From: a virus
Taxonomy: Duplodnaviria; Heunggongvirae; Uroviricota; Caudoviricetes
DNA length: 64,000 nucleotides
Virus record (IMG/VR): IMGVR_UViG_3300028887_000066
Location: 115,550 to 179,549 of that record
Reading direction: 5' to 3' (one strand)
The translations under genes were made by a program, and so were the position numbers. Below are positions 1 to 10,241 of the stretch, piece by piece. Under the pieces are notes generated by a model that was not told the DNA's origin, made no database searches, and saw nothing but the letters and a program-made list of their open reading frames with translations. Within the stretch, counting starts at the first letter, position 1, and every line of letters begins with the position of its first letter.

Positions 1-1734
1 ATAGATAACAGGAGTCAACTGCATTGGAACATAAGGTGCATAGATGTAACCTGTGTCAAGGAGACTGTCACCCTTATGACCTACAAGTGCGCTTTCAGCA
101 GGTGAATATGGGTCAACATATACCTGATAACGTCCCTGAAGTGAACCAACCTTCTCAATACCCATTGAGTAAGTAGTAGCCTCAGCGTTAGCGTCAGTTA
201 CGTGGAAATACTCAAGGTCATTAAGCATTGCGTTAATCTCGGTAGAAACAACTACGAAGTTTGCGCCACCACGAAGTGTTGCCTTGTGGATTTGAGCGGA
301 AATCTGATTAACCTTAGTCATAAAGGTCTGATTCCAGTCCTTCTGAGTGTAGTTAGTGCTGAAACCACTCTGCCTACGCCATCCGTTGTAGTCCCAATTG
401 AGCTGCCAAGGAGAACCCTTACGGAGGTCACGGAGAATCTCACGGTCAACCTCTGCTGCAATCTGCTCAGAAAGAATAGCTGTCAACTCAGCCTCTGCGT
501 CGATGTTGTGGAATGCAGCAACGTCTTGCGCCATTTCAGGACTCCAAGTTGCACGAAGTTTGCGCTCCTCAACAGAAACGGTAACATCAGAAAGCTCGAA
601 GCTAACCTCACCGATTTCAGTCTCAAGCTCAAGGCTGTCATACTGTGCCCAAGCCACCTGGAACTTATCAGCAACATTTGCTACAGTAATTGCTGAAGGA
701 TTAACACCTACCCAACCGTCGATAGTTGCACCGATTGCCTTAGTTGGTTTTGCAAGGTCAAGCTCAAGATAGATCTTACCTTTTGCATCGCAAGGATTAC
801 CGTATTCAACGATACCTGCACCGTAACGCTGTGTAACAACACGGAAAGGAACATTCTCGTACTGATCAAAAGCTGTAGTAGTAAGACCGCTCATATCAGT
901 AGCAGGAATAGCAGCCTTTGTGATAACCTTCAAAGAAGCAAGGAATGCCTCAGTATCCATCTCATTGCCATCAGGGCCAGTGAGCTTAGAAGCACGGAAG
1001 CTTGAGAAACCACCTACTGCAACGATAACGTTACGGAGTGTGTCGTCAAGACCGCAAGTTTTATAGGTATTTGGCTTGCTATATTCACCATTGCTAAGAA
1101 TCTCAGCAGCCTCAATAGTACCTACCTTAATAGTGATCTTACCCTTAGAATTGTCATAAAGGAAGTCATTGTAGAAGAGGTCATAAAGAGATTTCTTCAT
1201 GTACTGAGTCACCTGAGGAGTATTGCCGCTTGCGTCAACATTGATTACCTCATCAGGAAGATAGTAACGGTTAACTGTCTCGCCACTTGCGCTGTTACGC
1301 TGTGTGCGCTCGTAGCCCATAAGGCCGTAGTGTGAACCTGTGTCGCCATCAGTGATCTGACCGTCATTCTGAACCTCCCATTTACGCTCTGATGTAACAG
1401 GCTTGATGAAGAACAGTTTACCGATAGGCATATTCATAGCCTGAACAGAAACGATGTCGTTTGCAAGCAGGCGAGAGAACACACGGCGAACCAATGGGAA
1501 CACCACTGTCTCGAATGAACCGCTGTTAGAAGCGTCAGTAGCCTCGTTAAGAGTCTTCAAAGTCTGGTTAGCCTGATTCTCGAAAAGAACGGCCATATTT
1601 TCTTTAAGGTATCCCTTCAAGCCCTTTGTGAAGCCAAGGTTTTCCCAACGCTCATTGATTTGCTTACGTACTTGGGTCTGTGCATCGGTAGCAATACGAC
1701 CGACTTTACCCTCTGTCAAAAAATTAGAAATCAT
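1..1734 (-). CDS. Major capsid protein, T4 gp23-like (3' end outside window; absent from ORF track)
   Basis: Manual translation from ATG at 1734: MISNFLTEGKVGRIATDAQTQVRKQINERWENLGF...MAVLFENQA...FPLVRRVFSRLLANDIVSVQAMNMP...YQVYVDPY...GYIYAPYVPMQ. These are gp23 family motifs; the gene follows scaffold and protease genes. Confidence 0.93.
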   Translation of the reverse strand, partial: MISNFLTEGKVGRIATDAQTQVRKQINERWENLGFTKGLKGYLKENMAVLFENQANQTLKTLNEATDASNSGSFETVVFPLVRRVFSRLLANDIVSVQAMNMPIGKLFFIKPVTSERKWEVQNDGQITDGDTGSHYGLMGYERTQRNSASGETVNRYYLPDEVINVDASGNTPQVTQYMKKSLYDLFYNDFLYDNSKGKITIKVGTIEAAEILSNGEYSKPNTYKTCGLDDTLRNVIVAVGGFSSFRASKLTGPDGNEMDTEAFLASLKVITKAAIPATDMSGLTTTAFDQYENVPFRVVTQRYGAGIVEYGNPCDAKGKIYLELDLAKPTKAIGATIDGWVGVNPSAITVANVADKFQVAWAQYDSLELETEIGEVSFELSDVTVSVEERKLRATWSPEMAQDVAAFHNIDAEAELTAILSEQIAAEVDREILRDLRKGSPWQLNWDYNGWRRQSGFSTNYTQKDWNQTFMTKVNQISAQIHKATLRGGANFVVVSTEINAMLNDLEYFHVTDANAEATTYSMGIEKVGSLQGRYQVYVDPYSPAESALVGHKGDSLLDTGYIYAPYVPMQLTPVIY

Positions 1735-1789
1735 TGTATAGAACGATTTTTATTTCAGTTATTTTTATTTCTTATTTTGTAATTTGTTT

Positions 1790-3238
1790 TTACTTAAACA
1801 AGTTGTCCATTCTGTCCATCAAGTCAAGTGCTGGGTTGCTCTTTCTGTTCTGATAGATAGTGGTCTCGTTAAGCATGTCGGAAGATTTTGCTGAAATCTG
1901 CTTTTCAAGAACGACTGCTGATTTCTTGTTCTCATTGAGTTCCATTTTTATTGTCTCATAGAGAGCTTTTCCTTCCTTAATGGTCTTTACATTGTTGAAA
2001 CGCTCAAGAATTGTTTTCTTCTCTTTTGCGGTTGTTGTCTCGTTTACAAGAAGCTTGATCACCTGTCCCATATTGACGTTAAGTGTAGCTGCCTCATAAA
2101 CGGCTTTCTTGAGTTTATCAATGCAAGCCTCGTATTTTTTGTTTTCAGCTTGGATTTCCTTTGCCTTGTTGAAGATTTTAGCTGCTGATTCCCTAAGAGC
2201 CTTTACTGTGGCATCATTAGGATCAGATACGACGTGTTGGTTCTGTGCATCCTTATTGAGCCTGTTGGTTGACTTCTTCATAGCGTGCTTAGTGTTCAAG
2301 CCTTGTCCGTCTTCCTCAAGTGTAGCTTCTTCGCCTGTCACAGGTGCTGATCCACACTCGTTTACATTCTCATTGACCTTTTCATTAAATGGATCATCAT
2401 CACCTTTTTTACCATAAGGTCTCTTATTACCCTCAGGCGCACCGTCGTCCATAGAATAGGTGGTTTTCTTGTCTGCTGGCTCATTCATATTAAGTCCAGG
2501 CATCACATCTTTCTGGTAGTCATTAACCATCATGTTCTTCTCTTCTTTAAGTTCTTCTTCTGCATTATCAGCATCCTCATCCTCGCCGTCAAGCTGTATG
2601 TCGATGAAATCATCACCAGCTTCGTCAGTTTCATCACCGCCAAGATCGATTGTAAGCTCTTCACCATCGTCTTCGCCGTCGGTTTCAGGTGCTGCATCCT
2701 CAGGAGTCTCTTCAGGAGTTTCCTCTGCTGCGTCGGCATCTAGTTTGATCACGTATTCTGCGCCAGTCTCTTCATCCTTGACTTCATAATCACCATTTTC
2801 ATCTTTTTTGACAAAAATCTGATCATCATCACCAAGTTTATTATAGACCTTGAGGAGCATTTCTCCATCCTCATCATCCACGCCCGTGAAATCATAATCA
2901 TTGTCGCCAACCTTGTAGTCCTCCATATCCGACCATTCGTCATCGGCATCCTCGGCGGGAGTTTCATCCTCGGCCTCGGCATTCTCGCCCTCCTCATTTT
3001 CAGGAGTTTCGTCAGAATCTGCTACGTCGGTATTGACATCCTCTACTTCACAACTATCTTCCGAGCCGTCAACGCATGGCTCAGTTTTTGGTTCCTCGTC
3101 CTCATCATCATCGTTGATGAGATTCTCAAGAGCCTCATTCATGAGTTCCTTCATTGACTTTTCGGTACTCTCCTTCAATGCCTTTGCGATTTCTTCAGCA
3201 TTGCGGATAGTTTTTTCTGCCGTATTATTTTTTTTCAT
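1790..3238 (-). CDS. Prohead core/scaffolding protein (gp22-like position)
   Basis: Very acidic middle, coiled-coil C-terminus, many L/V-x-E sites, located between prohead protease and capsid genes. Confidence 0.65.
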   Translation of the reverse strand: MKKNNTAEKTIRNAEEIAKALKESTEKSMKELMNEALENLINDDDEDEEPKTEPCVDGSEDSCEVEDVNTDVADSDETPENEEGENAEAEDETPAEDADDEWSDMEDYKVGDNDYDFTGVDDEDGEMLLKVYNKLGDDDQIFVKKDENGDYEVKDEETGAEYVIKLDADAAEETPEETPEDAAPETDGEDDGEELTIDLGGDETDEAGDDFIDIQLDGEDEDADNAEEELKEEKNMMVNDYQKDVMPGLNMNEPADKKTTYSMDDGAPEGNKRPYGKKGDDDPFNEKVNENVNECGSAPVTGEEATLEEDGQGLNTKHAMKKSTNRLNKDAQNQHVVSDPNDATVKALRESAAKIFNKAKEIQAENKKYEACIDKLKKAVYEAATLNVNMGQVIKLLVNETTTAKEKKTILERFNNVKTIKEGKALYETIKMELNENKKSAVVLEKQISAKSSDMLNETTIYQNRKSNPALDLMDRMDNLFK

Positions 3239-3424
3239 AAAATAAGCTTTTTCTAATTAGAATTTGTTATATATTTTACTGATAAATATGAGCTAAAAGC
3301 AAAAAATCACATAGTACAAAGAAAAAAGTTGCATATTATGTGATATATTTCTATTTTTAGCACACATTTTAATTATAAATACTTCTTAACTCGTAAAATT
3401 TACACTTTGCCATTGTTTTTCCAT

Positions 3425-4669
3425 TTATCCGTTTAACCATGAGTCAAACTTGGAAAATTTGTCTTCTTTAATCAATGGCTTATCCTTATTTGATTCATCC
3501 GATTCAATATAAGGCTGTAAATCTTGCGGATTCATTTCAATAAACGCCGAATTTGTCGATGGCTGTGACACACAATCCCAACAAACCAATTCAAGGTCAT
3601 CACCAACTACAAGCTTATCCATTACTTGTGTAACAGAACCTAAAGCCCTTGATGAAACACCTATCCTTAATCCTGAAAGTATCCAATGTGCAACTTGGTC
3701 GGCACAATTTGAAATTATTCCGTAGTTCCTAAAACCGTCACTGATTGGTAATTCCATCTTTCCGACAAGAGTATGTCCTTCCCAATGAAGCTCTATTATA
3801 TTCATTGCTATTCTTGAAAGGTCTATCGTAGATGTCTCAGGATGATTGCAATTCTTTGTCCAATGCGCCTTATCTCCTTGCTTTACATACCACGTATGAT
3901 TAGGTGTTTCAACACACAATACCCTTCCTTTATACGGCACTTTTTCTATCTTCATGTGCCTTTCATTAAGATAGACCCTTTTATCTGTCGAATATTTGTC
4001 AAGAGACATGTCCTTTTCACATGGTATAAAATAGAAATCATCTGTATCAGAACCACCCATGCCAAAATTTCTTTCTATGTCCGTAGCCGTCTTAAAGCCA
4101 TAGAAGGATGCCTTCCTATCATTTGAACTACCTCCAAGGCTATTTTTTATGATATAAACAGGATACCCATGTTCAGGTGTGACAAAATCATCTATATAGC
4201 TTCCGTACATATGATAGAGCATACCGTCAAACAATTTGTCGGTTATAAATGTTACCTTCTGAAGTTCTACCTCATTCGTCCTTGTATTAAGTGTAATAAC
4301 AGAATCACCGACCTCAATTTCACCAAGCGGTTTCCATCCCTCTTCTGTCAAACATTCAGCATCTGGCGTATAGCATTCTCCATATGCGCTTCTCGCTTTT
4401 ATTTTTTGCTGGTATTTTTCTACTTCTCTTTTTAATATAGATTCGGGATATATGCGCCCATTCGCATTTTCTATACCGAATTTTTGGAACACGGCTGACA
4501 CAATGAATGGATTGGGAAGATTCCTTGCCCTTGACTCGCCATCTCCCAATGATTCATTGAGCTTTTCGTTTCCCTTCACATCAAGAGACACGAAACCATC
4601 ATTCTCAATAAGCAAGCCTTTTCCCTGCTCACCTTTTTTTATTTCGACTAATGTATTTTCCTTATACAT
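3425..4669 (-). CDS. Prohead protease (T4 gp21-like, peptidase S77) containing an intein
   Basis: Motifs NANGRIYP, GE..[intein]..CNHP, IGVSSRALGS and WDCVSQPS. Confidence 0.9.
   Translation of the reverse strand: MYKENTLVEIKKGEQGKGLLIENDGFVSLDVKGNEKLNESLGDGESRARNLPNPFIVSAVFQKFGIENANGRIYPESILKREVEKYQQKIKARSAYGECYTPDAECLTEEGWKPLGEIEVGDSVITLNTRTNEVELQKVTFITDKLFDGMLYHMYGSYIDDFVTPEHGYPVYIIKNSLGGSSNDRKASFYGFKTATDIERNFGMGGSDTDDFYFIPCEKDMSLDKYSTDKRVYLNERHMKIEKVPYKGRVLCVETPNHTWYVKQGDKAHWTKNCNHPETSTIDLSRIAMNIIELHWEGHTLVGKMELPISDGFRNYGIISNCADQVAHWILSGLRIGVSSRALGSVTQVMDKLVVGDDLELVCWDCVSQPSTNSAFIEMNPQDLQPYIESDESNKDKPLIKEDKFSKFDSWLNG
3851..4375 (-). mobile_element. Mini-intein (175 aa, no homing endonuclease)
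   Basis: Block A CYTPDAECLTEEGWK, block B VTPEH, block F YKGRVLCVETPNHTWYV, terminal KN followed by extein Cys. Confidence 0.88.
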
Positions 4670-4770
4670 TTTTATATTATCACCATTTATTATTATAAAT
4701 ACCTTGAATCTGTGAAAAACTATATTTATTGTATATTTGTGAAAAATAACCTTTCAATTAGAAAAAACAA

Positions 4771-4992
4771 ATGTCGAAAAACAATTGCATTAAAGTGGAC
4801 GGAACAATATTGGAAGCATTATCCAATTCCAACTTCAAAGTAGAACTTGACAATGGGGCGGTTATTATATGCTTTTTGTCGGGTAAAATGAGAATGAACT
4901 ATATTAAAGTAATACCTGGGGATAGGGTTGGAGTGGAAATGAGTCCGTATGATCTAACAAAGGGGAGGATTTCTGTCAGATATAAGGCATAA
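4771..4992 (+). CDS. infA: Translation initiation factor IF-1
   Basis: Motifs [17 protein letters not shown] and [13 protein letters not shown]. Confidence 0.97.
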   Translation: MSKNNCIKVDGTILEALSNSNFKVELDNGAVIICFLSGKMRMNYIKVIPGDRVGVEMSPYDLTKGRISVRYKA

Positions 4993-5053
4993 TTTGATCA
5001 GTAATTATAGAACTATATAGTGTGTGCGCACACACATTCCTTGACCTTAATCA

Positions 5054-5103
5054 AAAAATGGGGCTGAAACTATGTTTTACGGCATAGTTTTGACCCCATT
5101 TTA
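5054..5103 (+). terminator. Hairpin/terminator after infA
   Basis: AAAATGGGGCTGAAACTATG...CATAGTTTTGACCCCATTTT inverted repeat. Confidence 0.6.
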
Positions 5104-5175
5104 CTTTTTAAGAATATATATTTGTGACGCAAATTCAAAGTAATAATAACATTTTAAGAAAAATTAGAAAAAATT

Positions 5176-5568
5176 ATGAGAAAGTTTTTAATTACAATGG
5201 TTAGTATTTTTATGTTTGCAATGAGTGCAAGCGCAAATGACGTTAAAGTGATCAACGACACAATTCATTCACATTTTAACAAAATTACTGTAAACGTTCC
5301 TGCAAAGATCAGGGTGTTGGAATCAAACACAATGATGATACGTATTATCGCACCTGACGGAACAACGGCTAATTCAGTAAAATGGGATGTTCAGGACGGA
5401 AAACTTAGAATCTTCCCTGTACGTAGTGAAGACTTTTTTGAAAAAGAAGTGAATATCATAATCACAAGTCCATTGATCAAAAATGCTGACACAATGAAAT
5501 TTCCTGAGATTGAAGCAGGCAGAGACTGCGTTATTATCGAAAATAAGCAAATCAAAATGGAAAGTTAA
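5176..5568 (+). CDS. Secreted protein, GIN-domain (DUF2807)-like
   Basis: Signal peptide; FNKITVN...VQDGKLRI pattern resembles Bacteroidetes GIN domains. Confidence 0.5.
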   Translation: MRKFLITMVSIFMFAMSASANDVKVINDTIHSHFNKITVNVPAKIRVLESNTMMIRIIAPDGTTANSVKWDVQDGKLRIFPVRSEDFFEKEVNIIITSPLIKNADTMKFPEIEAGRDCVIIENKQIKMES

Positions 5569-5653
5569 TGCTATGGACACTAACGGTACAAACATTACAA
5601 AGAAGAAATCGGGACGCTCAAACTTAGATGCTTGAATGTCCCGATTTTATTTT

Positions 5654-7240
5654 TTACCATAACGGATTTCTATGAGAAATTCTTACTGTCCGACTCAATG
5701 GTTTCTGATTATTTACTACAGTTGTTCCATTACGTCCCACTATTATTCTCACTTTCCTATTTTCATTATTTAATGGGTTCTGTTTAATTTCCTTTAAGAC
5801 TGTTCTTTCATTTACTATTATTTGTGGCATTATCGTCTCCGTATTGAGTCGATTGGGTATTTTCTTATGTCCAGGATTCCATTTAAAATATTCAGACTTA
5901 TGAATATTTTTATCCAAATATGAGACAATATCTGTTTGAAGCTTCCATACGGCATAGTTGAATGACAATTGGTCTCTATGGGATTTATTTTTTAATTCCT
6001 CCCACCATTTCTCCATTAATTTTATACATTCATAATCATTATGTTTCCTGATTATGATATTCGATTGTACTAACCCATAATCAGATGGAAAACCTTCTTC
6101 CCTATACCCGTTTAACTGTTTATTAACATTTTCTTTTGTATCCTTTTTTAGTCTTATTACTGCCGACCCTTCAGCATATATGCAATTTCTTTCAGGATGC
6201 TGTGGTATAAACACACTTTTTTCGCTATCTATGTTTTCATTAAATAATTTTGAAACTGTACTTAAAATTTCAATATTTCCATCTATCCATAATGACATTT
6301 TGTATTCTGATAAATATTTGTGAGGATTTATCTTTATACAACGCTGTTTCTTAACATTCGATAAATTCATATCCGATACTTCATATGGAATTTGTCTAAT
6401 TTCCCATACATTAGATTTAATATCTGTATTATCGGTAAAGCAAATATAATCCACATCAGGATCAACAACTCTTGGCTCAAGAAGGGTATCGTAACCACCA
6501 ATTATACAAGTATATACAACTTTATCAGGTCTCGGATAATTCCATAAATGTTTATTTTCCTCAAGCCAAACTTCTGGATCTATTCTTTTGTAATGATGCT
6601 TGTTTCTCGCAGACTCTAACCAACTTCCAGCCCTATAATGTTCTATATAACAGTTGTTATCTATCCTTTTCATATTATTTTGTACATCATCATAAAATGA
6701 GCCTCCAGTATCGTAAAACCTGCTTTGCGGGGTTATATTAAAACCAAGCATTCTATTTTCGTCAAAAAAATGAATGCCATTTTCTTTACATTTAATAACA
6801 TTAATATAACATATAAATGGAGTTATTCGTTTTCTTGGCCCAAATCTTTCAATATCGGCAACAGCATAGTAGTCGTCATTACAAATTTCAGAAATATCTC
6901 TTTTTATTAAAACATCAGAATCCAATAAAATAAAATTATCCCCTATTAGATCCATACATTTTTCTATTGAATAACAATGTTTTGCACTTCCAAAATCATT
7001 TACGGCAGCACCAATTCCTCTGTCTCTTTTAGGATAATGTGTAAGCCATTCCTCAAAATTTATTATTTGCCCCTTCGTGTTATCAAACACGGTCATATTA
7101 TCATAATGCTTGACCCACGGATTAACGTCACTATTGTCGAATATGTATATATAAGAATCAGGGGTATTACGTTTAATACTCCTTACAAGTGCATCCGTTA
7201 AATTCGGCGTATTATAATGTACTATACATATTTTTACCAT
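5654..7240 (-). CDS. Two-domain glycosyltransferase (GT-A/GT2-like plus DUF616-like)
   Basis: N-terminal IVHYNT...FDNSD...LLDSD (DxD); C-terminal VYTCIIGGYD...ICFTD...WIDGN...RDQLSFNY. Start placed at the second ATG. Confidence 0.8.
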   Translation of the reverse strand: MVKICIVHYNTPNLTDALVRSIKRNTPDSYIYIFDNSDVNPWVKHYDNMTVFDNTKGQIINFEEWLTHYPKRDRGIGAAVNDFGSAKHCYSIEKCMDLIGDNFILLDSDVLIKRDISEICNDDYYAVADIERFGPRKRITPFICYINVIKCKENGIHFFDENRMLGFNITPQSRFYDTGGSFYDDVQNNMKRIDNNCYIEHYRAGSWLESARNKHHYKRIDPEVWLEENKHLWNYPRPDKVVYTCIIGGYDTLLEPRVVDPDVDYICFTDNTDIKSNVWEIRQIPYEVSDMNLSNVKKQRCIKINPHKYLSEYKMSLWIDGNIEILSTVSKLFNENIDSEKSVFIPQHPERNCIYAEGSAVIRLKKDTKENVNKQLNGYREEGFPSDYGLVQSNIIIRKHNDYECIKLMEKWWEELKNKSHRDQLSFNYAVWKLQTDIVSYLDKNIHKSEYFKWNPGHKKIPNRLNTETIMPQIIVNERTVLKEIKQNPLNNENRKVRIIVGRNGTTVVNNQKPLSRTVRISHRNPLW

Positions 7241-7244
7241 AGTA

Positions 7245-8069
7245 TTACTTTTGTAAATCAAGCAAATCTCCTATCCTGATATTATCTGAAGGGTCTTTGT
7301 ATTTGAATGTCATAGCTCCAGGCGTGAATGTCATCTCACCAAGGTAAACAGTTTCGTCAATCTCATAAAAATCAACTCTAACAAATTTGAATGGTTCGGA
7401 AAGCTTCTTTGAATATTCCACCATTTCATTGAAACCTGATGGTTTTTTGTATTTGTTGTTTGGTTTTACCTTATAAAGATTCACCTCATTATCGTTCATA
7501 TCATAATACATTATATCACCATGTCCGAAGCCATCATTTACCGTCCATAATTTAGGATTCCCATTAAAGCACCAAAACTTATAATCAAACAAAGAATCAC
7601 CATTCCCGTCACGCATTCTTTTTTCCGCAAATATTCTATGTGGTATATCATGATAATGTATTTCAACACCATTTCTGAAAGCAAAATCATCTTTCATCCA
7701 TTTGTCAAGATTGCGTATTGCCGCAGTTTTGTCTAATTTTGCCTTATCATTGACAATAATATTCATACCACTCCCATGATTGCATTTCATTACAAACTCA
7801 TTCGGCAGCTCATCCCAATTTATTTCAGATATATCATTATACATCTTAATAATAGGGATACAAATATCCTTTCCAAGCTTTTCTTTGCAATATTCGTGTA
7901 ATAATATTTTATCTGCACACTTAACTTTCAATGGGTTTGTATCATAAAAATTAAGCCAAGCCAATTTCTCCTGTATTGTTCTTGGGTTATCCATATTGAA
8001 AGACAAACCTATTCTTCTGAATATTGCTCTCTCTCTGTCAATATATTTAAGCGGATCAATACTATACAT
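7245..8069 (-). CDS. TupA-like ATP-grasp protein
   Basis: Motifs CADK, FVMKCNHGSG, DYKFWCFNG, FVRVDFY and GEMTFTP. Confidence 0.9.
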   Translation of the reverse strand: MYSIDPLKYIDRERAIFRRIGLSFNMDNPRTIQEKLAWLNFYDTNPLKVKCADKILLHEYCKEKLGKDICIPIIKMYNDISEINWDELPNEFVMKCNHGSGMNIIVNDKAKLDKTAAIRNLDKWMKDDFAFRNGVEIHYHDIPHRIFAEKRMRDGNGDSLFDYKFWCFNGNPKLWTVNDGFGHGDIMYYDMNDNEVNLYKVKPNNKYKKPSGFNEMVEYSKKLSEPFKFVRVDFYEIDETVYLGEMTFTPGAMTFKYKDPSDNIRIGDLLDLQK

Positions 8070-9219
8070 TTAATTCCTCCTCCGTAAAATAGCCGTCAGA
8101 TATTAGGTCTTTCTCAGACTGTTTAACAAGAATATCTTTTTCAAAATCATTGTATTTTGAATTGTATTCGCAATCATCCAACAATTCGCCTATTGCCTGT
8201 TTGCCTATTTTCGTATTATTGGCCAACTCCTTAAAGAGGCTTATAAAGTCTTTTGCATCAATATCTATAAGCTTACCGAAGAAGTCGGGTATTATCTTAG
8301 GTTCAATGTCACGGTTAAGTGTAACCATATTCCATAGCCCTACACCGAAACGCATATCCCAAGGCTCCTCTTCCAATATATCGGCCTTGTTCAGTACATT
8401 TTTTGCTACGTTAAAATCGTCAGGAAGCCCATTCGATGATATAAGTTCCATTATCCCTTTTATGGACTCTATAAGCAGTATAGGAAATGTTAATGCCTTC
8501 ACATCAATGTTTGACATTTTTTCCTCATTTCCAAGAACGACCTTTACAAAACCACCCTGATGATGATTATCATCTTTTACTTCATCGTCCACATTAAAAA
8601 GAAGATACTCATTTATCTTTATCAATTTGCTATACAAATGCGGCAACTCTTCATCAATGTCAAAAAGTTCATTAATGTACATCTTCTTTGCCTTTTCAAA
8701 TAAACTCATGGAAACACCGTATACCAATGAATCTATCAACCTTCTCTTTTGAACTTCGATACCTTCCCCGTCTATTTCATCAAGACTATTATATTCATAG
8801 TCTTCATTCGTATCGGGCGAAATATGAAACTCCAAACCACTATCAATGAAATCAACTAACTCACATTTGAATATTATCTCATCTTCGGGTATATTGAAAA
8901 GCTGTACTAATGTATTGTAGCACAATTTTTCCAATTGCGGTCTGATATTCTTCTCCTTTTCCTGACAAAGCCTCATAAGCTTGTTAAAATGATTCGACAC
9001 CTTTTCTAATGGTATCTGTGAAATATCATCCGTAAAATCCTTTTTGATTTCATCAAACCTTTTTGTAAGTATTTTTTTTGAAAACTCTTTATCATCTAAC
9101 GGAATATTTGACTCTTTATTCTCAAGGGCATTGAAAATTTTGGAAGGAATACCACATTCCTTCCTATTTTCATTATGTATATATTGAATCTGTTTTTCCG
9201 TTAAAAATACGTTTTTCAT
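8062..9219 (-). CDS. Hypothetical, probable virion/head protein
   Basis: 385 aa; N-terminal VFLTEKQI motif; in head gene cluster. Confidence 0.6.
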   Translation of the reverse strand: MKNVFLTEKQIQYIHNENRKECGIPSKIFNALENKESNIPLDDKEFSKKILTKRFDEIKKDFTDDISQIPLEKVSNHFNKLMRLCQEKEKNIRPQLEKLCYNTLVQLFNIPEDEIIFKCELVDFIDSGLEFHISPDTNEDYEYNSLDEIDGEGIEVQKRRLIDSLVYGVSMSLFEKAKKMYINELFDIDEELPHLYSKLIKINEYLLFNVDDEVKDDNHHQGGFVKVVLGNEEKMSNIDVKALTFPILLIESIKGIMELISSNGLPDDFNVAKNVLNKADILEEEPWDMRFGVGLWNMVTLNRDIEPKIIPDFFGKLIDIDAKDFISLFKELANNTKIGKQAIGELLDDCEYNSKYNDFEKDILVKQSEKDLISDGYFTEEELNV

Positions 9220-9527
9220 TTCAAATCACTCTTTTTATATTTCTTGGATTCATTCATCAATTTTGCTAGACGAGCTTCTTTAAGTTCTTTTTTTGTATAC
9301 ATGCTGTACTTCGATTCATCAAGGGTGTCCTGATCAACGACTATCTGAGCCTTGTTAAGTCCTTGTGCATCGAGTTCATGATTCTGCTGCATAAGACTTG
9401 TTTGGGTAACTTTCCCGTTATTATCGGTCTTTGCGGAAACTTTTATCCCAGCACCCTGATTCAATGTCTCGAACAGTTTGCTAAACTGTGACTCTGTAAT
9501 GTGTATATTACGCATAATATTTATCAT
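9216..9527 (-). CDS. Hypothetical, probable head-internal protein
   Basis: IHITESQF motif; upstream TATTTAT late-promoter motif. Confidence 0.6.
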   Translation of the reverse strand: MINIMRNIHITESQFSKLFETLNQGAGIKVSAKTDNNGKVTQTSLMQQNHELDAQGLNKAQIVVDQDTLDESKYSMYTKKELKEARLAKLMNESKKYKKSDLK

Positions 9528-9588
9528 CTTTTACCTTTATAAATATATTATAGAAGCAAAAATGGCGGGTTATATTCCCGCCATCGTT

Positions 9589-10185
9589 TTATTTCTTAAT
9601 AAAATCCTTTGCCTTAAACGGTGATTTCTTAGTTTTCTTCTGTTTCTCAACAGATTTAATACTTTCCTCATCCCCCGTATTAGTCAATTCCTGATTCAGA
9701 CTTTCCATCAAGCCATTAATTTCTTGTTTTCTAAAAACACATTCATTTAACCCCATATTATCATCCACAGGAAGTTCTTCATCATTCATACCAACCTCAT
9801 CACCAGTATTTTGTGGTGTTTCGTCCTCAGGACTTTCAGTAGTATTAATGGATTTAATAAGGTCTTTTTTCCCATTTTCATCCATACCCTTTGCCGCAGC
9901 TTTCACTATCATCTTACCAACATATTTTGACAATTCACCATCGTCTCCATTTTCGTTATTATATTTGTTCAATGATTGTGATAACTTGCCCGTAAGTTGT
10001 TGTATGAATTTCTTTGGGTCAGTGTCTTCATCAGCTTCTACGCCCGCATCAAAACCTGTATCAAATTCACTTTCTCCTGAATTGTTTTGCATATCAGTTT
10101 CTTCTCCGCCAAAAGGGTCTTGAGGCATACCATTTCCTCCCATTTGATTCATTTGAGAATCTGGCATTTGTTCTATTGGTGGCAT
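9589..10185 (-). CDS. Hypothetical acidic protein, probably the -1 frameshift extension of 10242-11813
   Basis: The frame stays open upstream through the slippery site at 10245-10257. Confidence 0.65.
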   Translation of the reverse strand: MPPIEQMPDSQMNQMGGNGMPQDPFGGEETDMQNNSGESEFDTGFDAGVEADEDTDPKKFIQQLTGKLSQSLNKYNNENGDDGELSKYVGKMIVKAAAKGMDENGKKDLIKSINTTESPEDETPQNTGDEVGMNDEELPVDDNMGLNECVFRKQEINGLMESLNQELTNTGDEESIKSVEKQKKTKKSPFKAKDFIKK

Positions 10186-10241
10186 TTGCGGTTGCTGAGG
10201 CTCTTGATTGTTACCTGTTTTCAGAAATGTCTTATTTTCGT

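Noticed and set aside
202-772. Plus-strand ORFs 202-696 and 398-772, and similar shadow ORFs throughout the track
   Set aside because: They are antisense or out-of-frame shadows of the capsid and other real genes.
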